Assembly (NCBI GenBank): GCA_034439715.1
Contig: JAWXAY010000033.1
Coordinates: 1-64,000 of the forward strand
Source of the DNA: Pseudomonadota bacterium
GTDB lineage: Bacteria > Bdellovibrionota > Bdellovibrionia > Bdellovibrionales > SG-bin7
DNA length: 64,000 nt
Direction of reading: 5' to 3'
Positions within the stretch are counted from its first letter, which is position 1, and every line of letters begins with the position of its first letter. Below are positions 1-8,840 of the stretch, piece after piece. The position numbers and the translations under genes were made by a program. Under the pieces are notes generated by a model. The model searched no databases and was not told the origin of the DNA. It saw only the letters and a list, made by a program, of their open reading frames with translations.

Positions 1-105
1 AATCAAGATAAGTCTAAAAATATTCGGAAAAGTGAAGTTATTCCGGACCTCTCGGCAATTAAATCTCACCCGGTATACCCAACAAAGGGTATCAGTTTAT
101 AAGGC

Positions 106-1101
106 TTAAGAACCTGGCCGCAATAACAGCCCGGGCTTTGGCATATTAAAAAACTGTTCTTTAATTTTATTAATGAGGCGCTCTTCAGTTTGGCGCACAG
201 CCTCTCGCGTAATTTTATATTTGTCTCCGACTTCTTGTAGCGTCATAGGGCTATCAGCCAATAGGCGATGTTCTAACAGAAACAATTCTCTTTCGCTGAG
301 TTGAGCGCGAATGGCATCGATATTTTTTTTCAAAAGCTCTAGCTGTTCAAGTAGCACCAGTTGTTCGTCAATGGCTTCTTCATTGGTGGTCTGTTGCAAA
401 TCCAAAAACGAAGTTTTGTTTTCATCGTCGAGTGGCTGGTCAAGACTGACATCTTTAGAGCCCAGGCGCTGCTCCATCATTCTGACATCTTTTTCAGATA
501 CGCCCATGCGATGACTTATAAGTTTTGTGGTCTCTTCTAGACCTTCAGATCGGATGGCTTCTTTTTCCTTGATCAGATTGTAAAATAATTTTTTTTGATC
601 TTGCGTGGTACCAATTTTGACCATTGAGAATTGTTTTAGTAGATACTCACGAATGTAGCCACGAATCCACCAAACAGCATAGGTAATAAGTCGCACACCC
701 TTATAGGGATTAAAATCCTTCACGGCGTGCATTAAGCCAACGTTGCCCTCTTGCACAAGGTCCAAGAGTTTGGCGCCAAACTTAGCATATTCAGCAGCTA
801 TTTTTACAACAAAACGTAAATTCGAAGTTACTAGTATTTGGGCAAGTTCTGGATCTTTGTGCGTGTAATATTTTGTAGCGATCTCAAGTTCTTTTTCTCT
901 CGTTAAAAGTGGGTATTTTTTTATTTCAGCGAGGTAAGAAGCGAGGGGGTCTCTCGGGGCAAGAGCTTTGCCCTCTGCTTTGAGAAGGAGTTCCTCTTCC
1001 TGGTCCATGACTTCGGCTTTAACAGATTTTATTTTTATAATTTTTTCTGTTTTTATTTTTTTTTCTGTGGTTTTAGGTTGTTTCTTCTTAGGGGCCTTCA
1101 C
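106..1101 (-). CDS. rpoH: RNA polymerase sigma-32 (RpoH-type) factor
   Basis: Sigma70 region 2 (SNLRFVVKIA, DLVQEGNVGLM, TYAVWWIR), RpoH box KIGTTQDQKKLFYNL, region 4 HTH (TLQEVG..ITREAVRQ); Lys-rich N-terminal extension. Confidence 0.88.
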   Translation of the reverse strand: MKAPKKKQPKTTEKKIKTEKIIKIKSVKAEVMDQEEELLLKAEGKALAPRDPLASYLAEIKKYPLLTREKELEIATKYYTHKDPELAQILVTSNLRFVVKIAAEYAKFGAKLLDLVQEGNVGLMHAVKDFNPYKGVRLITYAVWWIRGYIREYLLKQFSMVKIGTTQDQKKLFYNLIKEKEAIRSEGLEETTKLISHRMGVSEKDVRMMEQRLGSKDVSLDQPLDDENKTSFLDLQQTTNEEAIDEQLVLLEQLELLKKNIDAIRAQLSERELFLLEHRLLADSPMTLQEVGDKYKITREAVRQTEERLINKIKEQFFNMPKPGLLLRPGS

Positions 1102-1114
1102 ATTGAAACTCCGC

Positions 1115-1420
1115 TTAGCTCAAAATTTTGCTGAGTTTCTTTTCTATAAATTGCTCGACTTTTGATTTTAAGGGAGTGAGTAAAAAGGAAAGATCAATTT
1201 CGAGATTTACTTGGCAACCTTTATCCTTGGATGCCACGCTCATGACGGCTTTAAAGCCGGTGCCATGGGCCGTTCCTTTAAAGTCGGTATCAGCAAAATC
1301 AAATGACACTTTGGGATCAAATTTTTTGATTCCGTCCTCGGAGGTTAGAAAACCCTTAACCTTCGTGTAGATTTCGGAGGCAGCTTTGTCAGAATTAAAG
1401 TTAAAATTAATCTTTGGCAT
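1115..1420 (-). CDS. Small hypothetical protein, possibly polyhydroxyalkanoic-acid-system family
   Basis: ORF track 1115-1444; ATG at 1420 (MPKINF) preferred; motif DLSFLLTPLKSKVEQFIEKKL resembles that family. Confidence 0.5.
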   Translation of the reverse strand: MPKINFNFNSDKAASEIYTKVKGFLTSEDGIKKFDPKVSFDFADTDFKGTAHGTGFKAVMSVASKDKGCQVNLEIDLSFLLTPLKSKVEQFIEKKLSKILS

Positions 1421-1520
1421 AGAAAATAGAATAGGCTTTACCACTTAAACTGTCAAAAACTCAGAAAAAACCAGTATCCCGTTTTGACTACAGGCGGCCA
1501 ATCATGGCAGTATTAAACCC

Positions 1521-2786
1521 ATGAAATTTCAGTCGATTCGCGGTATGAATGATATAGGCGGTGACAACATCCACCTTTGGCGTTTTGTTGAAAAACAAGT
1601 CAGAGGTCTCTACGAAAACTTTGGATTTAACCCCGTCATCACGCCGGAACTTGAATCCACCGCGCTTTTTAAGCGCGGAGTTGGCGATACGTCTGACATT
1701 GTTGAAAAGGAAATGTACACATTTGAGGATCGTAACGGCGATAGCCTGACACTTAGGCCAGAGGGAACAGCCAGTGTCGTGCGCGCAGTTCTACAAAATA
1801 ATTGGTTGCATGATAGCCCGATATTGAAGCTTTATTATTTTATGCCCATGTTTCGCCATGAGCGTCCTCAAAAAGGAAGGTACCGACTGCACTATCAATT
1901 TGGTCTTGAGATTTTTGGTGTACAAGGTGCTGAAGCTGATGTGGAAGTAATTGCACTTCAAGCTGCCGTGTTTGAAAAATTGGAAATCTCAAATCTAGAA
2001 TTATTTATCAATAGTATTGGCTGCAATGTTTGCCGCCCACCTTTTCGTGAAAAACTCACAGTAATCTTAAAGAAAGTTTCTGATAAACTTTGCGGAGATT
2101 GTCAGCGGCGCATTGAAAAAAACCCTTTGAGGGTTTTTGATTGTAAGGTTGAAACGTGTCAACAAATTGCTAAAACTCTTCCGACACAAATTGATAATTT
2201 GTGTGAAGCCTGTGTTACTCACATGAAAGGCGTCAAGCAAGGTTTAGAAAACCTCAATATTAATTATAAGATTAATCCCCAAATTGTCAGAGGAATTGAT
2301 TATTATAATCGAACTTGTTTTGAATTTGTGAGTGCTAATATTGGTGCCCAAGGGACTGTTTGTGGTGGCGGAAGATACGATCACCTTGTAGAAGAACTTG
2401 GAGGCAAATCGACGCCCGGCTTTGGCGTCGGAATGGGTATGGAGCGGATTTTATTACTTCTTGAAAGCAAAAAATCTAGTGTGCAACCTCAGCCTGACCT
2501 CGCCGTGGTTTACGCCGATGAGCAGGGCAAGAATTTTGGGTGCAAACTTACTTTTGAATTGCGGCAACTAGGTCTATTTGTGGATTTTGATCTGGACGGA
2601 AAATCAGTTAAAGCTCAAATGAAGCGCGCCAATAAAAGCGGCGCTCGTTATAGCCTAGTGATTGGCGAGCAAGAGGTAAATCAGTTGAGTGCCAAAATAA
2701 AACGAATGTCTGATTCGCAAGAACAAGGTGTAGACCTTAAAAGTTTAAAGGCAATTAAAGAGGTGTGTCGTGAAGTTCGTGGCTGA
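1521..2786 (+). CDS. hisS: Histidine--tRNA ligase
   Basis: RGMND, LRPEGTA, FRHERPQKGRYR, RGIDYY, GGGRYD motifs; anticodon-binding C-terminal domain. Confidence 0.97.
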   Translation: MKFQSIRGMNDIGGDNIHLWRFVEKQVRGLYENFGFNPVITPELESTALFKRGVGDTSDIVEKEMYTFEDRNGDSLTLRPEGTASVVRAVLQNNWLHDSPILKLYYFMPMFRHERPQKGRYRLHYQFGLEIFGVQGAEADVEVIALQAAVFEKLEISNLELFINSIGCNVCRPPFREKLTVILKKVSDKLCGDCQRRIEKNPLRVFDCKVETCQQIAKTLPTQIDNLCEACVTHMKGVKQGLENLNINYKINPQIVRGIDYYNRTCFEFVSANIGAQGTVCGGGRYDHLVEELGGKSTPGFGVGMGMERILLLLESKKSSVQPQPDLAVVYADEQGKNFGCKLTFELRQLGLFVDFDLDGKSVKAQMKRANKSGARYSLVIGEQEVNQLSAKIKRMSDSQEQGVDLKSLKAIKEVCREVRG

Positions 2787-4551
2787 GCAAAAGAGATCGC
2801 ATTACTGCGGAAATGTGGGTTTGCCTGAAGTAGGAAAAAAAGTAACCGTCATGGGTTGGGTCGATATTCGTCGTGATCATGGCGGCTTGATATTTGTAGA
2901 CCTTCGCGATCGTGAGGGTATTGTTCAGGTTGTCCTAAACCCCTCAGAAAAACAAATGGCTAGCTGCAAAGACATGCGTACGGAGTTTGTCGTGGCCATT
3001 CATGGTGAGGTTCGAAAGCGCCCTGAAGGCATGGCCAACAATAAAATGAAAACCGGTGCGATCGAAATTGTGGGTGAAGTTTGTGAAATTCTATCAAAAG
3101 CTGAGACGCCGCCATTTGGTATCAACGATAAAGACGTCAACGAAAACCTTCGACTTCAGTATCGCTACTTAGATTTAAGAAATTCAAAGTTGCAGAGCAA
3201 TATGCGAATTAAACACGAAGTGATGCAGGAGGTTCGCAAGTTTCTTACAAATGAAGGATTTTTAGAAATTGAAACTCCCATTATGTATAAAAGTACTCCT
3301 GAGGGCGCCCGCGACTATTTGGTGCCGTCGCGAGTGCATCCGGGTAATTTTTATGCCCTTCCACAAAGTCCGCAAACATTGAAACAGCTTTTGATGATCG
3401 CGGGCTATGATAAATATTTTCAGTTAGCGCGTTGCTTTCGTGACGAAGACCTTCGGGCGGATCGTCAGCCAGAGTTTAGTCAAATCGACGCTGAGATGAG
3501 CTTTATCAATCAAGAAGAAATCCTACAGATCAACGAGCGTTTGATTAAACACATCTGGAAGAAAATAAAGGGCGTTGATCTCGGGAATATCCCACGCATC
3601 ACTTTTGATGAGGCGATGAATCGTTATGGGTGCGACAAGCCAGATATTCGCTTTGGTATGGAACTCAAAATTCTAGATTCCATCGTTCAGGGTTCGGGAT
3701 TTAAAGTATTTGACGATACTATTACGGGTGGTAACACAGTCCGTGGTTTTGCGGTTCCCAGGGGTGCTGCGTTCAGTCGGGGACAGCTCGATAAATTAAC
3801 TGACTTAGCTAAAAAATCTGGGGCAAAGGGGCTAGTATGGATAAAGTCCGAGAGTGGCAAATATACCTCTCCCATAAGTAAATTCGTCTCCGAAGACAAA
3901 ATGAAAGAAATTTTCGCTGCGACGGGAGCCAAAGACGGTGAGGCCTGTTTAATCGTAGCTGATGAATTTGAAACAACTTGTAAAGCACTTTCTACTATTC
4001 GTCTATCGCTTGGCGAGGAACTTAAACTTATTGATACCTCTAAAGATGCGTTTCTGTGGGTCACTGATTTCCCCCTTTTAGAATATAATCCCGATGCTAA
4101 ACGTTGGATGGCTCGGCATCATCCATTCACTATGTGTGCGACCGAAGACCTTTCAATTTTACTTGAACAAAGACGCGAGCAATTTGGAAAAATTAAAGCG
4201 CAGGCCTACGATTTGGTTTGTAACGGTTTTGAGTTGTTGGGCGGAAGTCTGCGGATATATAAGCAAGAAGTGCAGCGAGCGATGTTTGAAGCTTTGAGTC
4301 TCAGCGAAGAAGACGTCAAAAATCTTTTTGGCTTTTTTATTAAGGCGCTTAACTACGGGACTCCTCCTCATGGCGGTTTTGCCTGGGGGCTCGATCGCTT
4401 GGTGATGATTCTTTGTGGTACCGACGCGATTCGTGAGGTCATTGCCTTTCCAAAAACGCTCAAAGCATCCTGCTTGATGTCGGAGTCGCCTTCAGAAGTG
4501 TCGCGAGAGCAGCTCTTAGAATTGGGAATTCGAAAGAGTACCAGCCCCTAG
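2770..4551 (+). CDS. aspS: Aspartate--tRNA ligase
   Basis: RDHGGLIFVDLRD, TPEGARDYLVPSR, FRDEDLRADRQPEF, PPHGGFAWGLDR; GTG start overlapping hisS. Confidence 0.97.
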   Translation: MKFVAEQKRSHYCGNVGLPEVGKKVTVMGWVDIRRDHGGLIFVDLRDREGIVQVVLNPSEKQMASCKDMRTEFVVAIHGEVRKRPEGMANNKMKTGAIEIVGEVCEILSKAETPPFGINDKDVNENLRLQYRYLDLRNSKLQSNMRIKHEVMQEVRKFLTNEGFLEIETPIMYKSTPEGARDYLVPSRVHPGNFYALPQSPQTLKQLLMIAGYDKYFQLARCFRDEDLRADRQPEFSQIDAEMSFINQEEILQINERLIKHIWKKIKGVDLGNIPRITFDEAMNRYGCDKPDIRFGMELKILDSIVQGSGFKVFDDTITGGNTVRGFAVPRGAAFSRGQLDKLTDLAKKSGAKGLVWIKSESGKYTSPISKFVSEDKMKEIFAATGAKDGEACLIVADEFETTCKALSTIRLSLGEELKLIDTSKDAFLWVTDFPLLEYNPDAKRWMARHHPFTMCATEDLSILLEQRREQFGKIKAQAYDLVCNGFELLGGSLRIYKQEVQRAMFEALSLSEEDVKNLFGFFIKALNYGTPPHGGFAWGLDRLVMILCGTDAIREVIAFPKTLKASCLMSESPSEVSREQLLELGIRKSTSP

Positions 4552-4579
4552 AAGAAAGTCCAGAATCTCAAAACTCTTC

Positions 4580-4607
4580 TCAAGTTGAAACACTGACCCT
4601 CCGACGA
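4580..4607 (+). promoter_or_regulatory. Sigma28 (FliA)-like promoter
   Basis: TCAAG-N15-TCCGACGA upstream of the 4676 ORF. Confidence 0.5.
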
Positions 4608-4675
4608 GTAACTTGATAGAACATGATGTTCTAGTGAGTAGATTAAAAACACAGAAAAAACACAGGAGGTGTTTT

Positions 4676-5095
4676 GTGGATAAGATCAGCGGTATACTTC
4701 CAGGATCTTCACGAGTGACGTCCGTTGATTTGAACGCAGCTAGCCCTGTAAGACCGGGAACGCCAGCTTTTGGCTCTCCCACGGGCCGCTCAACTGCGAA
4801 TCAAATGCAAAGAAGTTCGGCCACTATGGTAAATCCCAATAGCATTGATGTCCCGCGATGGAAAGCCAAAGAGGACATGCATGCCGAAATTGCCAAACGA
4901 GTAAGTGATGGGTTTTTTAGAAAAAACATTACCGAAGCACCGGCAGAACCAGTCGACGGACCCATCGATATGGAAAAGTATGACGGAGTGATGATGGTGC
5001 CCTTTACCTACGATGCTAACGGTAAAGTAGAATTACCTGAGCCTGAGCTTCAGTCTATACCTGACGCCTACGAGGGAATAGATACAGTAGCCTAA
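4676..5095 (+). CDS. Hypothetical protein
   Basis: ORF 4613-5095; GTG at 4676 follows SD CAGGAGG; starts (M)DKISGILPGSSRVTSVDL. Confidence 0.7.
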   Translation: MDKISGILPGSSRVTSVDLNAASPVRPGTPAFGSPTGRSTANQMQRSSATMVNPNSIDVPRWKAKEDMHAEIAKRVSDGFFRKNITEAPAEPVDGPIDMEKYDGVMMVPFTYDANGKVELPEPELQSIPDAYEGIDTVA

Positions 5096-6198
5096 GTATC
5101 AATTTTTTCGAGGAGAAAGCCAAAATCTTCAAGTGAGGAGATTTTAAATATTCCTTCAACTACTCTTCTTCCTTCAAGTGAGCGTCTTACTTGCACAATA
5201 TTTTGTAGGCTTAGAAAAATCAGTCTACGGATTGCTTGTAGTGACCACTGCGGTGCGCCCATTTGAATCAACATTTCTAATCTAATCAAAGCTTGATTGG
5301 GGTTGTCGGCATGGAGTGTGCCCAGACTTCCGCTGTGGCCCGTGGCGAGCGCCATCAATAAATCTTTAGCTTCTCCGCCCCTAACTTCACCCACAACTAG
5401 TCTGTCTGGTCGGAGACGCAGAGATTCCTTTACCAAGTCTACCTGACCTATCTCATCAAAAAGATTTTTTTGACCCGGACGAGAAACTAGTTTGGCAGAA
5501 ATCAGGTTGGGAACTCGAAGTTCATTGGTGTCCTCGATGATGATTACGCGCTCATTAGGAGGAACCTCTACCATAACGGAATTGAGTAGTGTGGTTTTGC
5601 CGGATCCCGTTGCTCCAATAATGATAAAATTTTTACGGCACCTAATTAAATCAGAAAGAATCACGTGTTGAGTGGACGAAACCATCTCGAGATTTTCTAG
5701 ATCAGTGAGGGACCAAGTGCTGGGATTAAGTTTTCTGAGTTGGACAATGGTTTGCTCAGAAATCGGAGGTACTACGATCTGCACCCGAAAACCCTGCCAC
5801 TGGGCTCTAGCAAATGGCTCCACAGAACTGGGGTTGATTCCACATTCATGATAAAGTTTTTGAGTAAAGAGATGAAAAGTCGCGGGCGTTAGAAAAGTGT
5901 CCTCATATTTTATCAGCGTCCCTAATTTTTCAAACCAAATTGAACTGTGTCCATAAATAATAATTTCTGTGATTTTATCGTCTGTGATAAGTTGATCAAG
6001 TGGTCCATTTGAAAAAAACTCACTTTCGAGGCGACCGCGAAACTCCCTATTCTTATCGAGTGTCAGTTGATGGATAAAATTCTTAATACTGTCATGAATG
6101 CCTTGTTCGGTTATGTTAATGTGCGAAGTCACATCTGTAATAGGAAGCCCATTTATTTTTTCTTGAATTTGTAGAGTGAGATTTGAAAGGTTAGTCAT
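5092..6198 (-). CDS. cpaF: Tad pilus assembly ATPase CpaF/TadA
   Basis: Walker A GATGSGKTT, IIIEDTNEL, LRLRPDRLVVGEVRGGEA, GHSGSLGTLHA; ATG at 6198 overlaps the cpaC stop. Confidence 0.9.
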   Translation of the reverse strand: MTNLSNLTLQIQEKINGLPITDVTSHINITEQGIHDSIKNFIHQLTLDKNREFRGRLESEFFSNGPLDQLITDDKITEIIIYGHSSIWFEKLGTLIKYEDTFLTPATFHLFTQKLYHECGINPSSVEPFARAQWQGFRVQIVVPPISEQTIVQLRKLNPSTWSLTDLENLEMVSSTQHVILSDLIRCRKNFIIIGATGSGKTTLLNSVMVEVPPNERVIIIEDTNELRVPNLISAKLVSRPGQKNLFDEIGQVDLVKESLRLRPDRLVVGEVRGGEAKDLLMALATGHSGSLGTLHADNPNQALIRLEMLIQMGAPQWSLQAIRRLIFLSLQNIVQVRRSLEGRRVVEGIFKISSLEDFGFLLEKIDT

Positions 6199-7513
6199 TT
6201 GAGTTATTCCAGCTCGGTGGCAGTTGGTTCTCCTGATTATCTTCTGGTTTATCTTCTGAAAGTTCATTTTCGGGAAAAACAACTTCTGGCGTAACAAATA
6301 TCACAAGTTCAGTTTGTCTTTCTTTGTAACTATCCGAACCAAATAAACGCCCCACGAGCGGAATGCTGCTAAACCCAGGAAGTCCTTCTCGGCTATTTCC
6401 TGATTCGGAAACGATAAGTCCCGAAAGCGCGATTGTGCGTGTTGAAGTTAGGTCAAAGTGGCTGCTAATACGATTAGTTTGAAGCGCAGGGATACCATCG
6501 AGACTGTTGTCGTGATCGAGAGATGAAACTTCGGTTTCGAGATTAATGCTCATTTTACCGTTATAGTCGGCTAGGGGCCTTAACTTCACTTGCACGCCGT
6601 ATTTCTTCCAGGAGATGTCCTTTGTGCGAATATTGATAATTCGAATCGGAAATTCACCGCCAGATAAAAAAGAAGCCTCTTTGCCGCTTCGGCACAACAA
6701 AGTTGGTGAGGCCAACACTTTGCCCCAGCCGTTCTTTTCTAAAAATTGAAAATCAATATCGGTGATGTTTTTTTTGAGAGCGACTTTCGGCAGCAATTGT
6801 GCTGAGTAAGAGATGGGCCACTTAATTCCGATGTCCATAAGATGTGACTTGCTGATCGAAGCTACAACTATTTTAGTTCTCACCATGGGTGCAGTTTCGA
6901 TCTCACTGTCAGATGTCGAGACAGAAATTCCGTAAGGCCCCATAACGTTGCTCAAGGACACTCGTAAATCCTTAGAACCTTTCGCCACTAGAATTTCTGG
7001 TATTTTTTCGATATTAATGGATGAAATGGGTAAGTGGTGGTTTCGTAGTAGCTTTTTTAAATGGGCCTGAACCTCGTCCTTAATCAACGGGTGAATCGTG
7101 GCGCTGAATCGCAAAAAATCAGCGGGGATTTTTAGCTTTGCAATTAAATCCCAGTCTGAAGTTCGTAATAGTTCTCCCTCAATAAATAGAGCTTTCGAGC
7201 TGGGATTAATTGACAGACCTTCCATGGTCCCGATGATGGCTACAAGATTCTGATAGTGAATATATTTTGCGGGCTCTAGAACGACCACGGGTGTGTCTTC
7301 ACCTCCAATCGTGATAAACGTATCGCCCTCATTTTTTCCACGCATGAGAATTCGGCTGCCCAAATCAGTCACCTCAATGGTTTTTTTCGAGTGAGCGTGT
7401 ATTTTTTTATTTTTGGGAGCTTCTAATGTGGTTGTGGCGCCTTTATTCAAAACGATAGTTTTACCTAAACCAATAAGAGGAAATAAAAGCGCTAAAAAAA
7501 AACATATTTGCAT
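6191..7513 (-). CDS. cpaC: Tad pilus secretin CpaC/RcpA
   Basis: Signal peptide; secretin motifs LASPTLLCRSGKEASFLSGGEFP, IPLVGRLFGS, ELVIFVTP. Confidence 0.87.
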   Translation of the reverse strand: MQICFFLALLFPLIGLGKTIVLNKGATTTLEAPKNKKIHAHSKKTIEVTDLGSRILMRGKNEGDTFITIGGEDTPVVVLEPAKYIHYQNLVAIIGTMEGLSINPSSKALFIEGELLRTSDWDLIAKLKIPADFLRFSATIHPLIKDEVQAHLKKLLRNHHLPISSINIEKIPEILVAKGSKDLRVSLSNVMGPYGISVSTSDSEIETAPMVRTKIVVASISKSHLMDIGIKWPISYSAQLLPKVALKKNITDIDFQFLEKNGWGKVLASPTLLCRSGKEASFLSGGEFPIRIINIRTKDISWKKYGVQVKLRPLADYNGKMSINLETEVSSLDHDNSLDGIPALQTNRISSHFDLTSTRTIALSGLIVSESGNSREGLPGFSSIPLVGRLFGSDSYKERQTELVIFVTPEVVFPENELSEDKPEDNQENQLPPSWNNSND

Positions 7514-7597
7514 ACCTCAATTACCATGCAAAGAGAGTGCTACTGCTGGCATTGCGTTCTATGGGCTGATAAAATAGGTAGTATCCGGCGCTCGGCT

Positions 7598-8695
7598 TTA
7601 GGCTTCCGGAAGTTCGAATGACACCTTTACCTTGTTCTTTGTTGAAGCAAAATTCAAATTTGAATTTTGTTGTTTGAGGTGTGCCTGACAAATGCTTAAA
7701 CCTAGACCAAGTCCAGTGCTGTGCTTCAGGACGTCTTCGTTTAAAGTAAATGATTTTAAAATGTGACTAATCGTTTTTTCATCGATAGGGGAACCAGCGT
7801 TTTCTACCGCGATCTCTACTTTATTTTCTGCATTTAATGAAGCCTTAATAGTGATGGGTTTACCTTTATCTCCAAATTTGATCGAGTTAAGAATTAGACG
7901 GTAAATAATGTTTTTTAGTTTTTCTTTGTCCGCTCTAACTTTCAATTTAGTATTATCAAACTGTAACTCTTGATTGGGACCAAATTGACCTTCGAGTAAG
8001 CTCTTTACAATATCAAACAAATCTTGCACATTTGTTTTTGCCAATTTCATAGGTGCTGTTCCGGTTTCTGCTGAGACCAACTCCAGAACCTCAGTCACCA
8101 AAAGAGTGAGTCGTTGAGTGCTCTGTTCTATGCGGGTTAGATACTTCGTTTGATCAGGATCTAATGCTGTGTCTTTTAAAAGGCTCACATAATTAATGAG
8201 AGAGGTTAGTGGGGTTTTAAGCTCGTGGTTTACGAGAATCATAAAGTGAGATTTTGCAGTATCGAGCGTTTTTAGCTCTTCATTTGCATGCGCTAGAGAT
8301 TCATTTTTTCTTTTAAGCTCTTCGGTCAGTTCGAACCGGTCTACTGCTTGATCAATGGCCATTGTTAGATCTGTAGGATCCCATGGCTTTGTCACATAAC
8401 GATACACTTGGCCCGCGTTGATAGCGCCAATTACAGATTCGATATCGGCGTAACCGGTCAAAAGAATTCTGACGGCATCGGGGTGAGTTTTAAGTGACTC
8501 CTTAAAAAACTCGACGCCCGTCATGTTGGGCATGCGTTGATCGCAAATGATTATGGTGACATCTTCTTTTGCTAAAAATTCTAGACCTTCACTCGCGCTA
8601 TTTGCCTTTAGCACACGGAACTTTCGTCTAAAAACGCGCTCTAAGGCGTCGCATATGTCTGGTTCATCATCGATACATAAAATTGTGTGTGGCAT
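7598..8695 (-). CDS. Hybrid response regulator / histidine kinase
   Basis: Receiver domain (CIDDE, CDQRMP, TKPW), HisKA H-box NHELKTPL, HATPase GLGLGLSI. Confidence 0.9.
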   Translation of the reverse strand: MPHTILCIDDEPDICDALERVFRRKFRVLKANSASEGLEFLAKEDVTIIICDQRMPNMTGVEFFKESLKTHPDAVRILLTGYADIESVIGAINAGQVYRYVTKPWDPTDLTMAIDQAVDRFELTEELKRKNESLAHANEELKTLDTAKSHFMILVNHELKTPLTSLINYVSLLKDTALDPDQTKYLTRIEQSTQRLTLLVTEVLELVSAETGTAPMKLAKTNVQDLFDIVKSLLEGQFGPNQELQFDNTKLKVRADKEKLKNIIYRLILNSIKFGDKGKPITIKASLNAENKVEIAVENAGSPIDEKTISHILKSFTLNEDVLKHSTGLGLGLSICQAHLKQQNSNLNFASTKNKVKVSFELPEA

Positions 8696-8775
8696 TTATA
8701 TCTAACAGTGTAGAATTGGTGGAGATGACTTGCAACGTGAGATTTTGTTCGACAAAAGTCGAGGTGCGAATTCTT

Positions 8776-8803
8776 TTAAGTTTTTTTAATACATTGTCGA
8801 AAA
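8776..8803 (+). promoter_or_regulatory. Sigma28 (FliA)-like promoter
   Basis: TTAAG-N15-GTCGAAAA upstream of the Gly/Met-rich gene. Confidence 0.45.
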
Positions 8804-8840
8804 CAAGACTGACCGTGTGTCTTTTTTTGAGGGATTCGAT

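Noticed and set aside
1..105. 3' end of a + strand gene
   Set aside because: Two open frames are possible and neither gives a recognisable motif
7527..7542. Sigma54-like TAGCAC-N5-TTGCA before cpaC (and a similar one before flp)
   Set aside because: Lacks the invariant -24 GG; for cpaC it is also too close to the ATG
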